Shown here: piece after piece, positions 46,350 to 55,297 of the stretch
How the letters are laid out: each line of letters starts with the position of its first letter
Position numbering within the stretch: position 1 is the first letter of the stretch
NCBI GenBank assembly: GCA_963666425.2
Contig: OY762825.2
Coordinates: forward strand, 1,702,143 to 1,766,142
Source: Bacillota bacterium
GTDB lineage: Bacteria > Bacillota > JAAYKD01
Direction: 5' to 3'
DNA length: 64,000 nt
The notes under the pieces: model-generated
Database searches by the model: none
What the model saw: only the letters and a program-made list of their open reading frames with translations
Told to the model about the DNA's origin: nothing
Program-made: the position numbers and the translations under genes

Positions 46350-47060
46350 TTATTCTCTGCTGCCAGGCGGCTGGAGCGTGCCCGGTAGGTGTGATGGCTG
46401 TGAATTGCTGAGGTTGTCATCGATGACAATGCCTAAGAAACGCGCCAGTTCGACTGCCTGGAAAGAAGTCACAATGGCTCCCTGTAACTCCGGACCAGCC
46501 AGTTTTACGCCGGACAATTGACAGCTGCGCAAATCGAGCCCTTTTAATGAAGTGTGCAGCAGCTCACAGCTCGTGAGATTGCAATGCTGAAACTGCAGTG
46601 ATTTCCAGGAGCAATCACTGATGGAGGCGTTTGCCAATTCACAATGGCTGAACAGCAGCGTTTGGATGCCGCCTTCTGTGAAATTGGCATATTCCCCATT
46701 GACTTCCTGCATCAAAACGTGCCGCCAAAGGCTGGCGGTCAAATCGGTGCCCAGCAATTTGCAATTGCGGAATTCCACCCGTTCAAAACGGCATTCCGGC
46801 CAACGCGCATTGGAAAAATCACAATTTTCAAAAATGACATTCAGGAAAGATGCTTTTCGTAACGAGGCAGCAGAAAAATTACATTTTTTAAAATGACAGC
46901 CTTGCACATTCACATGCTGAAAGAGGTTTTTCGGCCAGTCTTCCTGAATGAAGAAAGAATCCGTCAGAGCTTCTTCACTGAGACAAGCTTTAGTCAGAGC
47001 TTCTGTCAAAGGCAGCAGCGCAGGCAGCTCCGGCAGCAGAATCGGCTTCAGCAAACGCAT
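46350..47060 (-). CDS. pentapeptide repeat protein
   Basis: Tandem A(D/N)LxX-type pentapeptides (...CNFSAASLRKASFLNVIFENCDFSNARWPECRF...). An AGGAGG RBS precedes the ATG at 47060. Confidence 0.75.
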   Translation of the reverse strand: MRLLKPILLPELPALLPLTEALTKACLSEEALTDSFFIQEDWPKNLFQHVNVQGCHFKKCNFSAASLRKASFLNVIFENCDFSNARWPECRFERVEFRNCKLLGTDLTASLWRHVLMQEVNGEYANFTEGGIQTLLFSHCELANASISDCSWKSLQFQHCNLTSCELLHTSLKGLDLRSCQLSGVKLAGPELQGAIVTSFQAVELARFLGIVIDDNLSNSQPSHLPGTLQPPGSRE

Positions 47061-47107
47061 AGAATGACCTCCTGGTGTATTAGAATGATGAGAGAGGATG
47101 AATCGGT

Positions 47108-47602
47108 TTGGAAATAAGGAAAGTGACAGAACGCACAGAAAAAATGGAGATTGCAGCCAAGATCCTTCAGCAACTGCCGGATTGGTTTGGTATTCCGGAA
47201 GCGACGGCAAATTATGTCAAGCAATGTGCTGTTTTGGATTTCTGGGTTGCGCGGGACGAAGAGAAACCGGTTGGTTTCATTGCCTTAAAACGACATTTCC
47301 CTGCCGCTGCCGAGCTTACGGTGCTGGGAATTCTGCCGGAATATCATCGGCAGGGACTGGGACGTCAGTTGCTGGCAGCCGTGGAAAACCACTGCCGTAG
47401 AGAAGGGATCTGTTTTTTACAGGTGAAAACGCTGGATCCGCTGAAAGAAAATGCCTGTTACGACAAAACGCGCAGCTTTTATTTGGCGATGGGTTTCACT
47501 CCATTGGAAACCTTTCCGACTCTTTGGGATGCAGCAAATCCTTGTCTGCAAATGATCAAAGTACTGGATCAGACAAAGCCTGCAGCTGAAAGGGAAAGAT
47601 AA
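47108..47602 (+). CDS. GNAT family N-acetyltransferase
   Basis: ...LGILPEYHRQGLGRQLL... acetyl-CoA motif. The apparent start codon is TTG. Confidence 0.7.
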   Translation: MEIRKVTERTEKMEIAAKILQQLPDWFGIPEATANYVKQCAVLDFWVARDEEKPVGFIALKRHFPAAAELTVLGILPEYHRQGLGRQLLAAVENHCRREGICFLQVKTLDPLKENACYDKTRSFYLAMGFTPLETFPTLWDAANPCLQMIKVLDQTKPAAERER

Positions 47603-47738
47603 TACCTTCTCTTAATTATACGTTGGATGGCTGCGCTGAAGACAGATCAATTATAGCATAGATCATCATGAAAACAAGGAATTTGCTTTTTTGGCAGACT
47701 TACGATTCGGTTAAAAAGAACCTGAAAGGGATGGCTAT

Positions 47739-48518
47739 ATGAAAATCAACAAAATCAATTTGATTTATTTCAGTCCGACTCAGACCACAAAAAAAGTCCT
47801 GCAGGCGTTTGCCCAGTCGTTCTCCGCAAATATCTCTGTTTATGATCTGACACTCTCACTGCAAACAGCCCAGTTGCCTTGTTTTGCAGCAGACGAGTTG
47901 CTTGTGGTCGGCACGCCTGTCTATGGCGGACGGATTCCTGCCGTGGCAGAAGCATGTTATCAGAAGATCAGGAGTCTCGGTGCTCCGGCAGTGGCGATTG
48001 CCGTTTACGGTAATCGCGCTTATGACGATGCCTTATTGGAATTGACGGATGCTTTGATCTTGGGAGGCTGCCAAGTGATCGGCGCTGCCGCTTTCGTTGG
48101 CGAGCATTCTTTCAGTGCTGCCTTGGCTGCGGGACGTCCGAACGCAGAAGATTTGAACTTGGCAAGGCAATTCGGTCGGTTGATTTCGGCAAAGTTGGCA
48201 GCCGATAGTCTGGTATCGGTCGCAGTTCCCGGCAATCGTCCTTACAAGGCGCGCGGCAGTGCCGCTGCGGTTTGGGGGCCCTCTACCAAAGCGACTTGTA
48301 CGCATTGCAACTTATGTGTTGAGCATTGTCCGATGGCAATCATCAATCCAGAAGATGCTGCATCAATCAGGGAGCCGACCCGTTGTCTGCATTGCGGCAG
48401 CTGCGTGAAAATCTGTCCGGTGCAGGCTAAATTTTTCGAGGGAGAACCATTCGAAAAGTCCATGGCATTTTTACAAAAGGTTTGTGCTGAGCGTAAAGAG
48501 CCGGAGCTTTTTGTTTAA
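47739..48518 (+). CDS. flavodoxin-like domain fused to 2x[4Fe-4S] ferredoxin (EFR1-type)
   Basis: An N-terminal flavodoxin-like fold (INLIYFSPTQTTKKV) and C-terminal CTHCNLCVEHCP and CLHCGSCVKICP. Confidence 0.7.
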   Translation: MKINKINLIYFSPTQTTKKVLQAFAQSFSANISVYDLTLSLQTAQLPCFAADELLVVGTPVYGGRIPAVAEACYQKIRSLGAPAVAIAVYGNRAYDDALLELTDALILGGCQVIGAAAFVGEHSFSAALAAGRPNAEDLNLARQFGRLISAKLAADSLVSVAVPGNRPYKARGSAAAVWGPSTKATCTHCNLCVEHCPMAIINPEDAASIREPTRCLHCGSCVKICPVQAKFFEGEPFEKSMAFLQKVCAERKEPELFV

Positions 48519-48536
48519 TAGTCAAACGAAAAATAG

Positions 48537-48575
48537 AAAATCCTCCTTACAAGGTTCACTTGTGCGGGGGATTTT
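48537..48575. terminator. hairpin between convergent genes
   Basis: AAAATCCTCC (48537-48546) pairs with GGGGGATTTT (48566-75), with one G.U pair. Confidence 0.45.
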
Positions 48576-48606
48576 TTGTAGTGATGTAAAATGGGTGTTC
48601 AGACGG

Positions 48607-49590
48607 TCAGCGGTTCGAATCCTGCGATTTTTGCTGCGTGCAGGTTTGACCAATCCACTTTTGTAATTCGGAAAAAATGAAAGGTAAAATCTGCGGATAG
48701 GTCATGATCTCAGGTAAGGTTGAAAACGATTTGACCTCAGCCATCTCGAATTCCGAAGGCAGTTCTCCAAGCGTTTCCACGTTGGCATAAAATACCTGAC
48801 CATAGGAAAACTCGGTTGACCGATGAACAGCATAGTCAAATGCGGGGTAAATGGAGAATTTTTCTGCGCCTGTTTCTTCTTGAAGTTCGCGCTTGGCGCA
48901 GTCTATTGGCGTTTCGTCTTTTTCAATATGACCACCGGCAGTCTCCCAGGAATCACGGTTTTTGTGACGGGCAAACAGCCACATGCCTCTGTATCGAGCA
49001 AATATAACAGTGAAGCGGTAGGTTTTTAGTTCGCCAAGCGGATAGGTGACGATCCGCCAAGGCTGATCAGGTTTTGTGTAAAAGCGTTCAGCAACACCGA
49101 CTGCCGTCGCATGGGGATCGTTTGTGCCATCGATAGGAATAAGAGGACACGGATACGCGAATGCCCGTTGTTTGAGTTGAGCAATATCGCGAGCGGCAGC
49201 AAATTCTCTAAATTTCCGCTGTTGTTCATACAGATCACCTCCCTCGTGTACTCTGTTGCCCCAGCGCTGATCCTCCCGATTTTCTATACGCTTCAGGCGA
49301 AGGTCAGTAGGTGCTGTAAGAAATAGCGCGAGATCGAACATCGTTAGAAATTCTTTACCCCAACCAGAAAGATCACCGGATACCACGAAGGAACCGTGCC
49401 TGTTCATATCAGCGAGCAGCATTCTAGAACGCTCTTCCCGTGGACGGACAGCGGCATATGGTGGATCGGATTGATAGAACCAATAATCCTCTACATCGAG
49501 ATGGGCAAAATGAAGCACACGGGCAAGCTCACGTCCCAGTGTAGACTTTCCGCTGCCATTTGCGCCAAGTAAAATTATTCCATGTGGCAT
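48607..49590 (-). CDS. P-loop kinase-like (AAA) domain fused to a NUDIX hydrolase domain
   Basis: A GGAGG RBS precedes the ATG at 49590. The N-terminal Walker A is GANGSGKST. The C-terminal Nudix box is GGHIEKDETPIDCAKRELQEETG. Confidence 0.7.
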   Translation of the reverse strand: MPHGIILLGANGSGKSTLGRELARVLHFAHLDVEDYWFYQSDPPYAAVRPREERSRMLLADMNRHGSFVVSGDLSGWGKEFLTMFDLALFLTAPTDLRLKRIENREDQRWGNRVHEGGDLYEQQRKFREFAAARDIAQLKQRAFAYPCPLIPIDGTNDPHATAVGVAERFYTKPDQPWRIVTYPLGELKTYRFTVIFARYRGMWLFARHKNRDSWETAGGHIEKDETPIDCAKRELQEETGAEKFSIYPAFDYAVHRSTEFSYGQVFYANVETLGELPSEFEMAEVKSFSTLPEIMTYPQILPFIFSELQKWIGQTCTQQKSQDSNR

Positions 49591-49610
49591 ACGAAACCTC
49601 CATTTTATTT

Positions 49611-50375
49611 TTATAGTAGGTTTTTCTCGAGCCATTGCGCTACGCCGTCTTCATCGCAGTCACCGCAGATGTCATTAGCTGCGGCTTTCACTTCGTCGAT
49701 GGCGTTCGACATCGCAATACGATGCCCACAGTACGATAGCATCTCAATATCACTGTAATCATCACCAAACGCAGCGAATTCACTGCTTGTCAGATGGAGA
49801 GCGCGTTGCACTGCCTTGAGTGCGTTCAGTTTGCTTGCTTCGCGGTGAACCATTGTCACTGAATTCGTATCGGAATAACTTACCGCCCTAATTTCGGGGT
49901 AATCTTCGGTAATTATGCTTGCGATTTTGCCGAGATTACCATCGAGATACAGTACATCATCCGGCACACCATTTTGAAAATCAGTGATCCTGGTGGATTG
50001 CTTGCCAAGACTCCAATGACCATCGGCGTATGCGCTGGAGAGATAGTAGGCATTTTCGGTTGAAACGCATCTGACTAAGCTGAATTGCGGCAGCAAGGCA
50101 TTGGCTGTATGCATCGGAATTAGTTGCTTGTAGATATCCTCGCCATCGAGCCGAGCCAAGGCGCCATTGTCGGAGATGATCACGTCCGGTGTAATGGCAA
50201 ACAAAGGCGTTAGGTGCTCTGTCACAAAACGATAATCCCGCGCTGTGGCAAACGCCAGCAAGATGCCGCGCCTGCGGACGCGCCGCAATACATCCACAGT
50301 GTAGTCACTGATTGTTTTATCACGCCGCAGCAGTGTATTGTCAAGGTCGGTGACGATGAGTTTGATCTTGTTCAT
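49611..50375 (-). CDS. Cof-type HAD-IIB family hydrolase
   Basis: Motif I LIVTDLDNTLL and a C-terminal GDDYSDIEML motif. Confidence 0.85.
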   Translation of the reverse strand: MNKIKLIVTDLDNTLLRRDKTISDYTVDVLRRVRRRGILLAFATARDYRFVTEHLTPLFAITPDVIISDNGALARLDGEDIYKQLIPMHTANALLPQFSLVRCVSTENAYYLSSAYADGHWSLGKQSTRITDFQNGVPDDVLYLDGNLGKIASIITEDYPEIRAVSYSDTNSVTMVHREASKLNALKAVQRALHLTSSEFAAFGDDYSDIEMLSYCGHRIAMSNAIDEVKAAANDICGDCDEDGVAQWLEKNLL

Positions 50376-50740
50376 GCTGACATCTCCTGTTTACAAAAAA
50401 TCTATTACCTTCCATGTTCCGTGGCGTATCAGTACTCCATCCGTCAGGTGACTACACAGAATACAACCCTGTGGGTTCTCTGCATGGGTATGATCAAACA
50501 GTGTGCCGTATACTGCCATGTGTCCATGACACACCAGGTTTAGCGCTTAACCCACCGAGCAGGACATCTGCATCATACAATAAGCTTTTTCATAAAACGT
50601 ATCTTTGAACGTTAGCAGAAAACTATAAAGTGTTTACAATTAAAATAAAATATGATAAAATAGAACAAAATAAAATATTAAACCATTATAACAGAAGCCA
50701 GCGGATTTAAATATTAATCTTGTAAGGAGGAATTGACGGA

Positions 50741-51634
50741 ATGAAAGAAATCGGCAAAAAGATCGGCTCTGCCATCTGGGGTTATTTTTTTATCATCATT
50801 CTTGTTGAGGGAGTTTTCTCGTGGTTCGCCAAGATCTGGAATATACCATTTTTGGCAGAACTGGCATATCTCCTACCGCAGTTGGCAGCAAGTTTCTGGT
50901 TATATCGCAAAATGAAGCAAGAAAAAATAATAATTTCCGTAAGCAACGATTCCCGTATTACGATCAAGCTGTTTTATGGATTTCTTTTGCTTTTTTTAAG
51001 CAATGTATTTTTCAGTTCGCTTGCCGCAACCATCATTCAGAACATATTGGGTCGTTTCAATTATACTTTCAATTTTGATCTCATAGATTACAGTGCTGCA
51101 ACAAACTCGCCTCTGCAGATGCTCACGATTATTTTTTTGGCGCCGATCACAGAAGAATTACTTTTCCGCGGCATCATCCTGCAGAAGTTGAAGCAGTTTG
51201 GCCCGCTGTATGCTGTTGCCATAACCACACTCCTCTTCGCTCTGGTTCACGGCAATATTGTTTCTTTCTTTGGGGTTTTTTTCTCCAGCTTGCTTTATGG
51301 CTGGGCGGCTCTGAAATATTCAATCGTGTGGCCGATTCTGCTTCATATGGCCAATAACGCTTTTGCTTTATTATTTCAAGCTCTGCCGGATACCCATATT
51401 TTCCACCAAATCGAATATTTTGTGGCCTTTTTAGGCTTGTTGTTGATTCTAATCTTATCTTATCTCATGATCAAAAATCGCAATACCATCCGACATTTTT
51501 TCAGGAGTAATCAAGTGGAACGCAGCATGTATTGGCAATTGTTTGCCAGTAAGCGCATGATTGGTTTGATTGTGCTTTTTATTATGACAAATCTATTGTT
51601 TATTCAGGCAATCCTACCGGGAGCTCCCTCCTGA
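50741..51634 (+). CDS. CPBP family intramembrane glutamic endopeptidase (CAAX protease-like)
   Basis: Motifs EELLFRG, FALVHG and HMANN in a polytopic membrane protein. Confidence 0.8.
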   Translation: MKEIGKKIGSAIWGYFFIIILVEGVFSWFAKIWNIPFLAELAYLLPQLAASFWLYRKMKQEKIIISVSNDSRITIKLFYGFLLLFLSNVFFSSLAATIIQNILGRFNYTFNFDLIDYSAATNSPLQMLTIIFLAPITEELLFRGIILQKLKQFGPLYAVAITTLLFALVHGNIVSFFGVFFSSLLYGWAALKYSIVWPILLHMANNAFALLFQALPDTHIFHQIEYFVAFLGLLLILILSYLMIKNRNTIRHFFRSNQVERSMYWQLFASKRMIGLIVLFIMTNLLFIQAILPGAPS

Positions 51635-51722
51635 TTGTCAAAAACAAGATCACCCTATGTGCAGCAAAATCTCAGCTTCGAAGTAACTTTACTGGAAGTC
51701 TAGTCCTCGTTTGAGACAAAAC

Positions 51723-51777
51723 AACAGCGCTGTGTTACGATGAAAATTCCTTCATCCGCATCCAGCGCTGTTTTTTT
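51723..51777 (+). terminator. intrinsic terminator
   Basis: AACAGCGCTG (51723-32) pairs with CAGCGCTGTT (51763-72), followed by a T-run to 51777. Confidence 0.65.
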
Positions 51778-51790
51778 GACATAGAATGAT

Positions 51791-53128
51791 TTAAAAGGTC
51801 GTGTTGCCGGTAAATGTGAAGCCATTCACCTTCATCGCCGGCAGCAGAGAGATGAAGCTGCTCCACCAGTCGCGCGTCAGGCGAACTTCACGGCCCAAAG
51901 CTTCCACATTGGAGAAAGTACGAATCATACTTTCGGTATAACGCAGATTTTTTAAGCGAGCGACAATTTCACCGTTTTCTATCAGGAAGGTACCATCCCG
52001 TGTGGTTCCGGTACCGACAACCTGCATCGGTTCCGGGCAATGGGTATAGTGAAAACGAGTCATGTAGACGCCGTGTTTGGTGCTGCGGATCATTTCTTCC
52101 TCGCTGGAATTGCCCGGCAGCAGGATCATGTGGCTGGGTGCATCGCCGCGTTCTCCGGCATGACCGCTGCTGCCGCAGCCGGCGCGGCCACCGGAAGTGT
52201 TGTCGTAGACGACGCCTTTAGCGATTCCCTTTTCGATGATGCTGACCCGTGTTTTCGGCATGCCTTCTGCATCGAAGGGCATAGGCAGCGCCATGGGATG
52301 AAAAGCATCATCGTAAACGGTAATATTATCGCCAAAAACTTTCTCGCCAATCCGGCCGGTCATAAAAGAGCGTCCGTCCAGAAAAGCGGTGCCGCCCCAG
52401 GCAATCATGGCCGGGAAGCGAATCAGATCCGCTACCGCTGTAGCGGCAAAGACGGTGTCGTATTCACCCGGAGTCAGCACCAGACTGGCCTGACCGGTGC
52501 GCAGCAACGCTTTATGGGCCGCTTCCTCTGCCAGCTTCTTGTGATCGAGAGCGGATGCATTCAGAACGATCTGATCGGCATAACCGGTCATCAGTCCGTT
52601 GTTCATGATGATGCGCAGTAGGATATAATTGCCGCTGTGATAGACCATCACCCCGTTGGAATTGGCGACTGCCAGGGTACTCAGCGTGTTGTAATAGGAA
52701 CCGCAGGCGGTCAAGCTGCGTTGTTTTGCAATGTCGATGATTTCTGCAGCAATGGCGGCACGGTCGGCAGGCGTTTGTTTCAGGGTATCGGCATAGATGG
52801 CTGCCATTTCCCGGACCGGCTGAGCTGCCGGCATGGGAGTGAGAGCGGGATTGGCCTGCACAAAATGAGCATTATGCAGGGCTTGCTTGACGCCTGCCTG
52901 CAGGGAAGCATCGTCCAGCGCACTGACAATGGCGGTACCGATTCGTTTTTGCTGCACGACCTTGATGGTAACCGAGTGCGTCAGGCGCTGCAGGTTTTGA
53001 TGGATCCAGTTTTCATTAAAACGGGTGAGATTCAAATCTTCGCTTTTCAGGGTGACTTGAGTTTCGTCCGCCGTTGAGGCAGCTAAGACAGTCTTCAGGA
53101 TGTGCTCGGCATCTTCACGGTAAATCAT
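51791..53128 (-). CDS. pmbA: TldE/PmbA family protein (no HExxxH)
   Basis: 445-aa TldD/PmbA-fold sequence without the metal motif. Its ATG overlaps the tldD stop (ATGA). Confidence 0.75.
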   Translation of the reverse strand: MIYREDAEHILKTVLAASTADETQVTLKSEDLNLTRFNENWIHQNLQRLTHSVTIKVVQQKRIGTAIVSALDDASLQAGVKQALHNAHFVQANPALTPMPAAQPVREMAAIYADTLKQTPADRAAIAAEIIDIAKQRSLTACGSYYNTLSTLAVANSNGVMVYHSGNYILLRIIMNNGLMTGYADQIVLNASALDHKKLAEEAAHKALLRTGQASLVLTPGEYDTVFAATAVADLIRFPAMIAWGGTAFLDGRSFMTGRIGEKVFGDNITVYDDAFHPMALPMPFDAEGMPKTRVSIIEKGIAKGVVYDNTSGGRAGCGSSGHAGERGDAPSHMILLPGNSSEEEMIRSTKHGVYMTRFHYTHCPEPMQVVGTGTTRDGTFLIENGEIVARLKNLRYTESMIRTFSNVEALGREVRLTRDWWSSFISLLPAMKVNGFTFTGNTTF

Positions 53129-54561
53129 TCGCCAACACCTACCTTTACTTTGCGAAAGCGTGCCGGTGCGGCACCGTGTCCGACATTGATAACTTGGATG
53201 GGTTCACCTTTGGCACAGCCCGGCATACCCCAAACACGCCACTCGTCATCACCTTTACCGGCAACCGCATCGCAGGAGCCCCAAAATTCGGGAGTCAGTG
53301 CGGTGTAAGCCGGATTTTTCAGCAGGCGGCCGATCTCGCCATCGACAATTTCATAAGCCATTTCGGAACCGAAGTGAAAGTTCATGCGCTTATCATCCAA
53401 AGACCAGCTCTTGGGTTCAAAAACAAAAACACCTTTTTTGGTGTCCCGGATGATTTCGTCTGTCGTCCAATCGCCCGGTTCCAGGTTGATATTGGTCATC
53501 CGAACCAGCGGCAGATTCATCCAACCAACCGCCCGCATGGTGCCGTTGGAAGTCAGGCCAAAGTTGCCGGCGGTTTCCCGTGAAGTGAGGTAGTTGGTAA
53601 AAATGCCATGATCGATAATTGGGGTGCGCTGAGCCGGCACGCCTTCGTCGTCATAAAAGAAGGAGCCCATGGCATCTGGAATGGTGGCATCCGCTACAAT
53701 ATTGACTGCGTCTGAACCATAGCGGAAGTGTTTGCCATACAAATCGGGAGTCAGAAAGCTAGTACCGGCATAGGTCGATTCGCTGCCCAGCACACGGTCG
53801 AGTTCCACGGGGTGACCGCAGGATTCGTGCACCTGCAGGGCGGCCATCGCACCATTCATGATCAGATCGGTGCAGCCCTTGGGACAAACCTCCGCCTTCA
53901 GCAAAGCAGAGGCATCGGCGGCAAGCTGCGCGGCTGTCTCGACCAAATGCATGGCTTCCACTGCTTCAAAACCGGCATTCTTGTAGTCCGACCAGGAGCG
54001 GCGCTGCATGTCATGATTGCCGCGGGCGTAGGCTTCGATGCCGGCGCCGCATTGGGTAATCTCTTGTTCAATCCAGGCGCCTTCCGTACTGGCGAAAATC
54101 TGTTGATTGCGGCTGGTCAGGATATGGCCGGTCGTTACAGCGATCTCCGGTAGCTGGATCATCGCCGCATGACAATCCTGCAGCAGCGCGGTCATTTCAT
54201 CCAAAGGAACCTGGAAGGGATCCTTTTCTACCTTAACGGCAAACTTGCCGTCTGCCGGCTCAAGCGGGGTAAGGGAAATATCCTTTAACTTGCTGCTGGC
54301 GCTGGCTTTGGCGATGGCGATGGCCTGCCTGACGGTGTTTTCCCAGTCCTGCATCTCCAGAGAGGGAGTGGAAGCAAAGCCCCAGCCGCCATCTACAATC
54401 ACCCGGATACCGATGCCCTGATCGCTGCTGCTGGTCAGGCTTTGCACCATACCGTTGCGCAAAATCAGCGGTTGGCTTTGCCGTTCACCTAAGCGCAGAT
54501 CGGCATAGGAGGCACCGCTGCGGCTGGCCAGAGCCAGCAATTCCTGAAGTTGATCTCTCAT
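53125..54561 (-). CDS. tldD: TldD family metalloprotease
   Basis: HESCGH (HExxxH) motif and 478 aa. Confidence 0.85.
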   Translation of the reverse strand: MRDQLQELLALASRSGASYADLRLGERQSQPLILRNGMVQSLTSSSDQGIGIRVIVDGGWGFASTPSLEMQDWENTVRQAIAIAKASASSKLKDISLTPLEPADGKFAVKVEKDPFQVPLDEMTALLQDCHAAMIQLPEIAVTTGHILTSRNQQIFASTEGAWIEQEITQCGAGIEAYARGNHDMQRRSWSDYKNAGFEAVEAMHLVETAAQLAADASALLKAEVCPKGCTDLIMNGAMAALQVHESCGHPVELDRVLGSESTYAGTSFLTPDLYGKHFRYGSDAVNIVADATIPDAMGSFFYDDEGVPAQRTPIIDHGIFTNYLTSRETAGNFGLTSNGTMRAVGWMNLPLVRMTNINLEPGDWTTDEIIRDTKKGVFVFEPKSWSLDDKRMNFHFGSEMAYEIVDGEIGRLLKNPAYTALTPEFWGSCDAVAGKGDDEWRVWGMPGCAKGEPIQVINVGHGAAPARFRKVKVGVGE

Positions 54562-55286
54562 TTTTCTTTTCCTTTCGCGGCCGGATATTCAGTACAGAGT
54601 AAACGTAAGGGCGCTTCATCCTCCTCAATGGTGGGAAAACGTCCGACCGGCTCGTAGAAATGATTGTCTGTGGTATCATCATTACACTGCGAAACCTCGC
54701 CGATCAGAACCGGTCCGTACCCTTTTTCCGCCCAAAAGGCGTGATAAACCCGCGGCAGCAGGGTAATGCTTTCTCCCGGCGCCAAGCGGACAATGCCGCC
54801 AGCCGGGATGGAATAGTGTCTGCCGTCCTGCTGCAGCAAAACCGGTGTATCCAGTAAATCATCCTGCTCGCCGGCTTGATAAAGCTGCATCATTAAAAAG
54901 CCGCCGCCCCGGTTGATAATATCCTCCATTTTAAACCAATGAAAATGCAGGGGACAGACTTGGTTCTCTTCGCTGATCAGTATTTTTTCGGCATAAGGTT
55001 TTTGATACTGTTCAAGATGGCGATTGCCGTTGCGGATGGTTACCAGGGTCAAACCAATTTCGCTGAACCTTCCCAACCCATAATCGGTAATATCCCAGCC
55101 CAGCATATTATCGCGCACCTCATCATATTCGGCGCCTTTGTTCAGCCACTCGGCCGGTGTAAAGGCGGCGAAGGGAGGCAGAGCAAAATTATACTGCCGG
55201 CAGAGATCCAAAGCCCGACGGATCTGATAGTTGATTTCGGAACGCTGCATACAATCAAACTCCTTTATTATGAAATCATCAGACAA
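54558..55286 (-). CDS. D-lyxose/D-mannose family sugar isomerase (cupin)
   Basis: The motif ...CPLHFHWFKMEDIINRGGG... is characteristic of D-lyxose ketol-isomerases. Confidence 0.7.
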   Translation of the reverse strand: MSDDFIIKEFDCMQRSEINYQIRRALDLCRQYNFALPPFAAFTPAEWLNKGAEYDEVRDNMLGWDITDYGLGRFSEIGLTLVTIRNGNRHLEQYQKPYAEKILISEENQVCPLHFHWFKMEDIINRGGGFLMMQLYQAGEQDDLLDTPVLLQQDGRHYSIPAGGIVRLAPGESITLLPRVYHAFWAEKGYGPVLIGEVSQCNDDTTDNHFYEPVGRFPTIEEDEAPLRLLCTEYPAAKGKEK

Positions 55287-55297
55287 ATCCCGTAAAG

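Noticed and set aside
33000-47400. Dozens of 60-200-aa ORFs in the track lie antisense to, or in alternative frames of, the ABC transporter, accessory genes and mop (for example 34318..34704, 38474..38995, 40157..40753, 43721..44878).
   Set aside because: They lie wholly inside longer ORFs that carry clear family motifs. They lack RBSs, and their Arg/Gly/Ala/Pro-rich low-complexity translations are typical of high-G+C noise.
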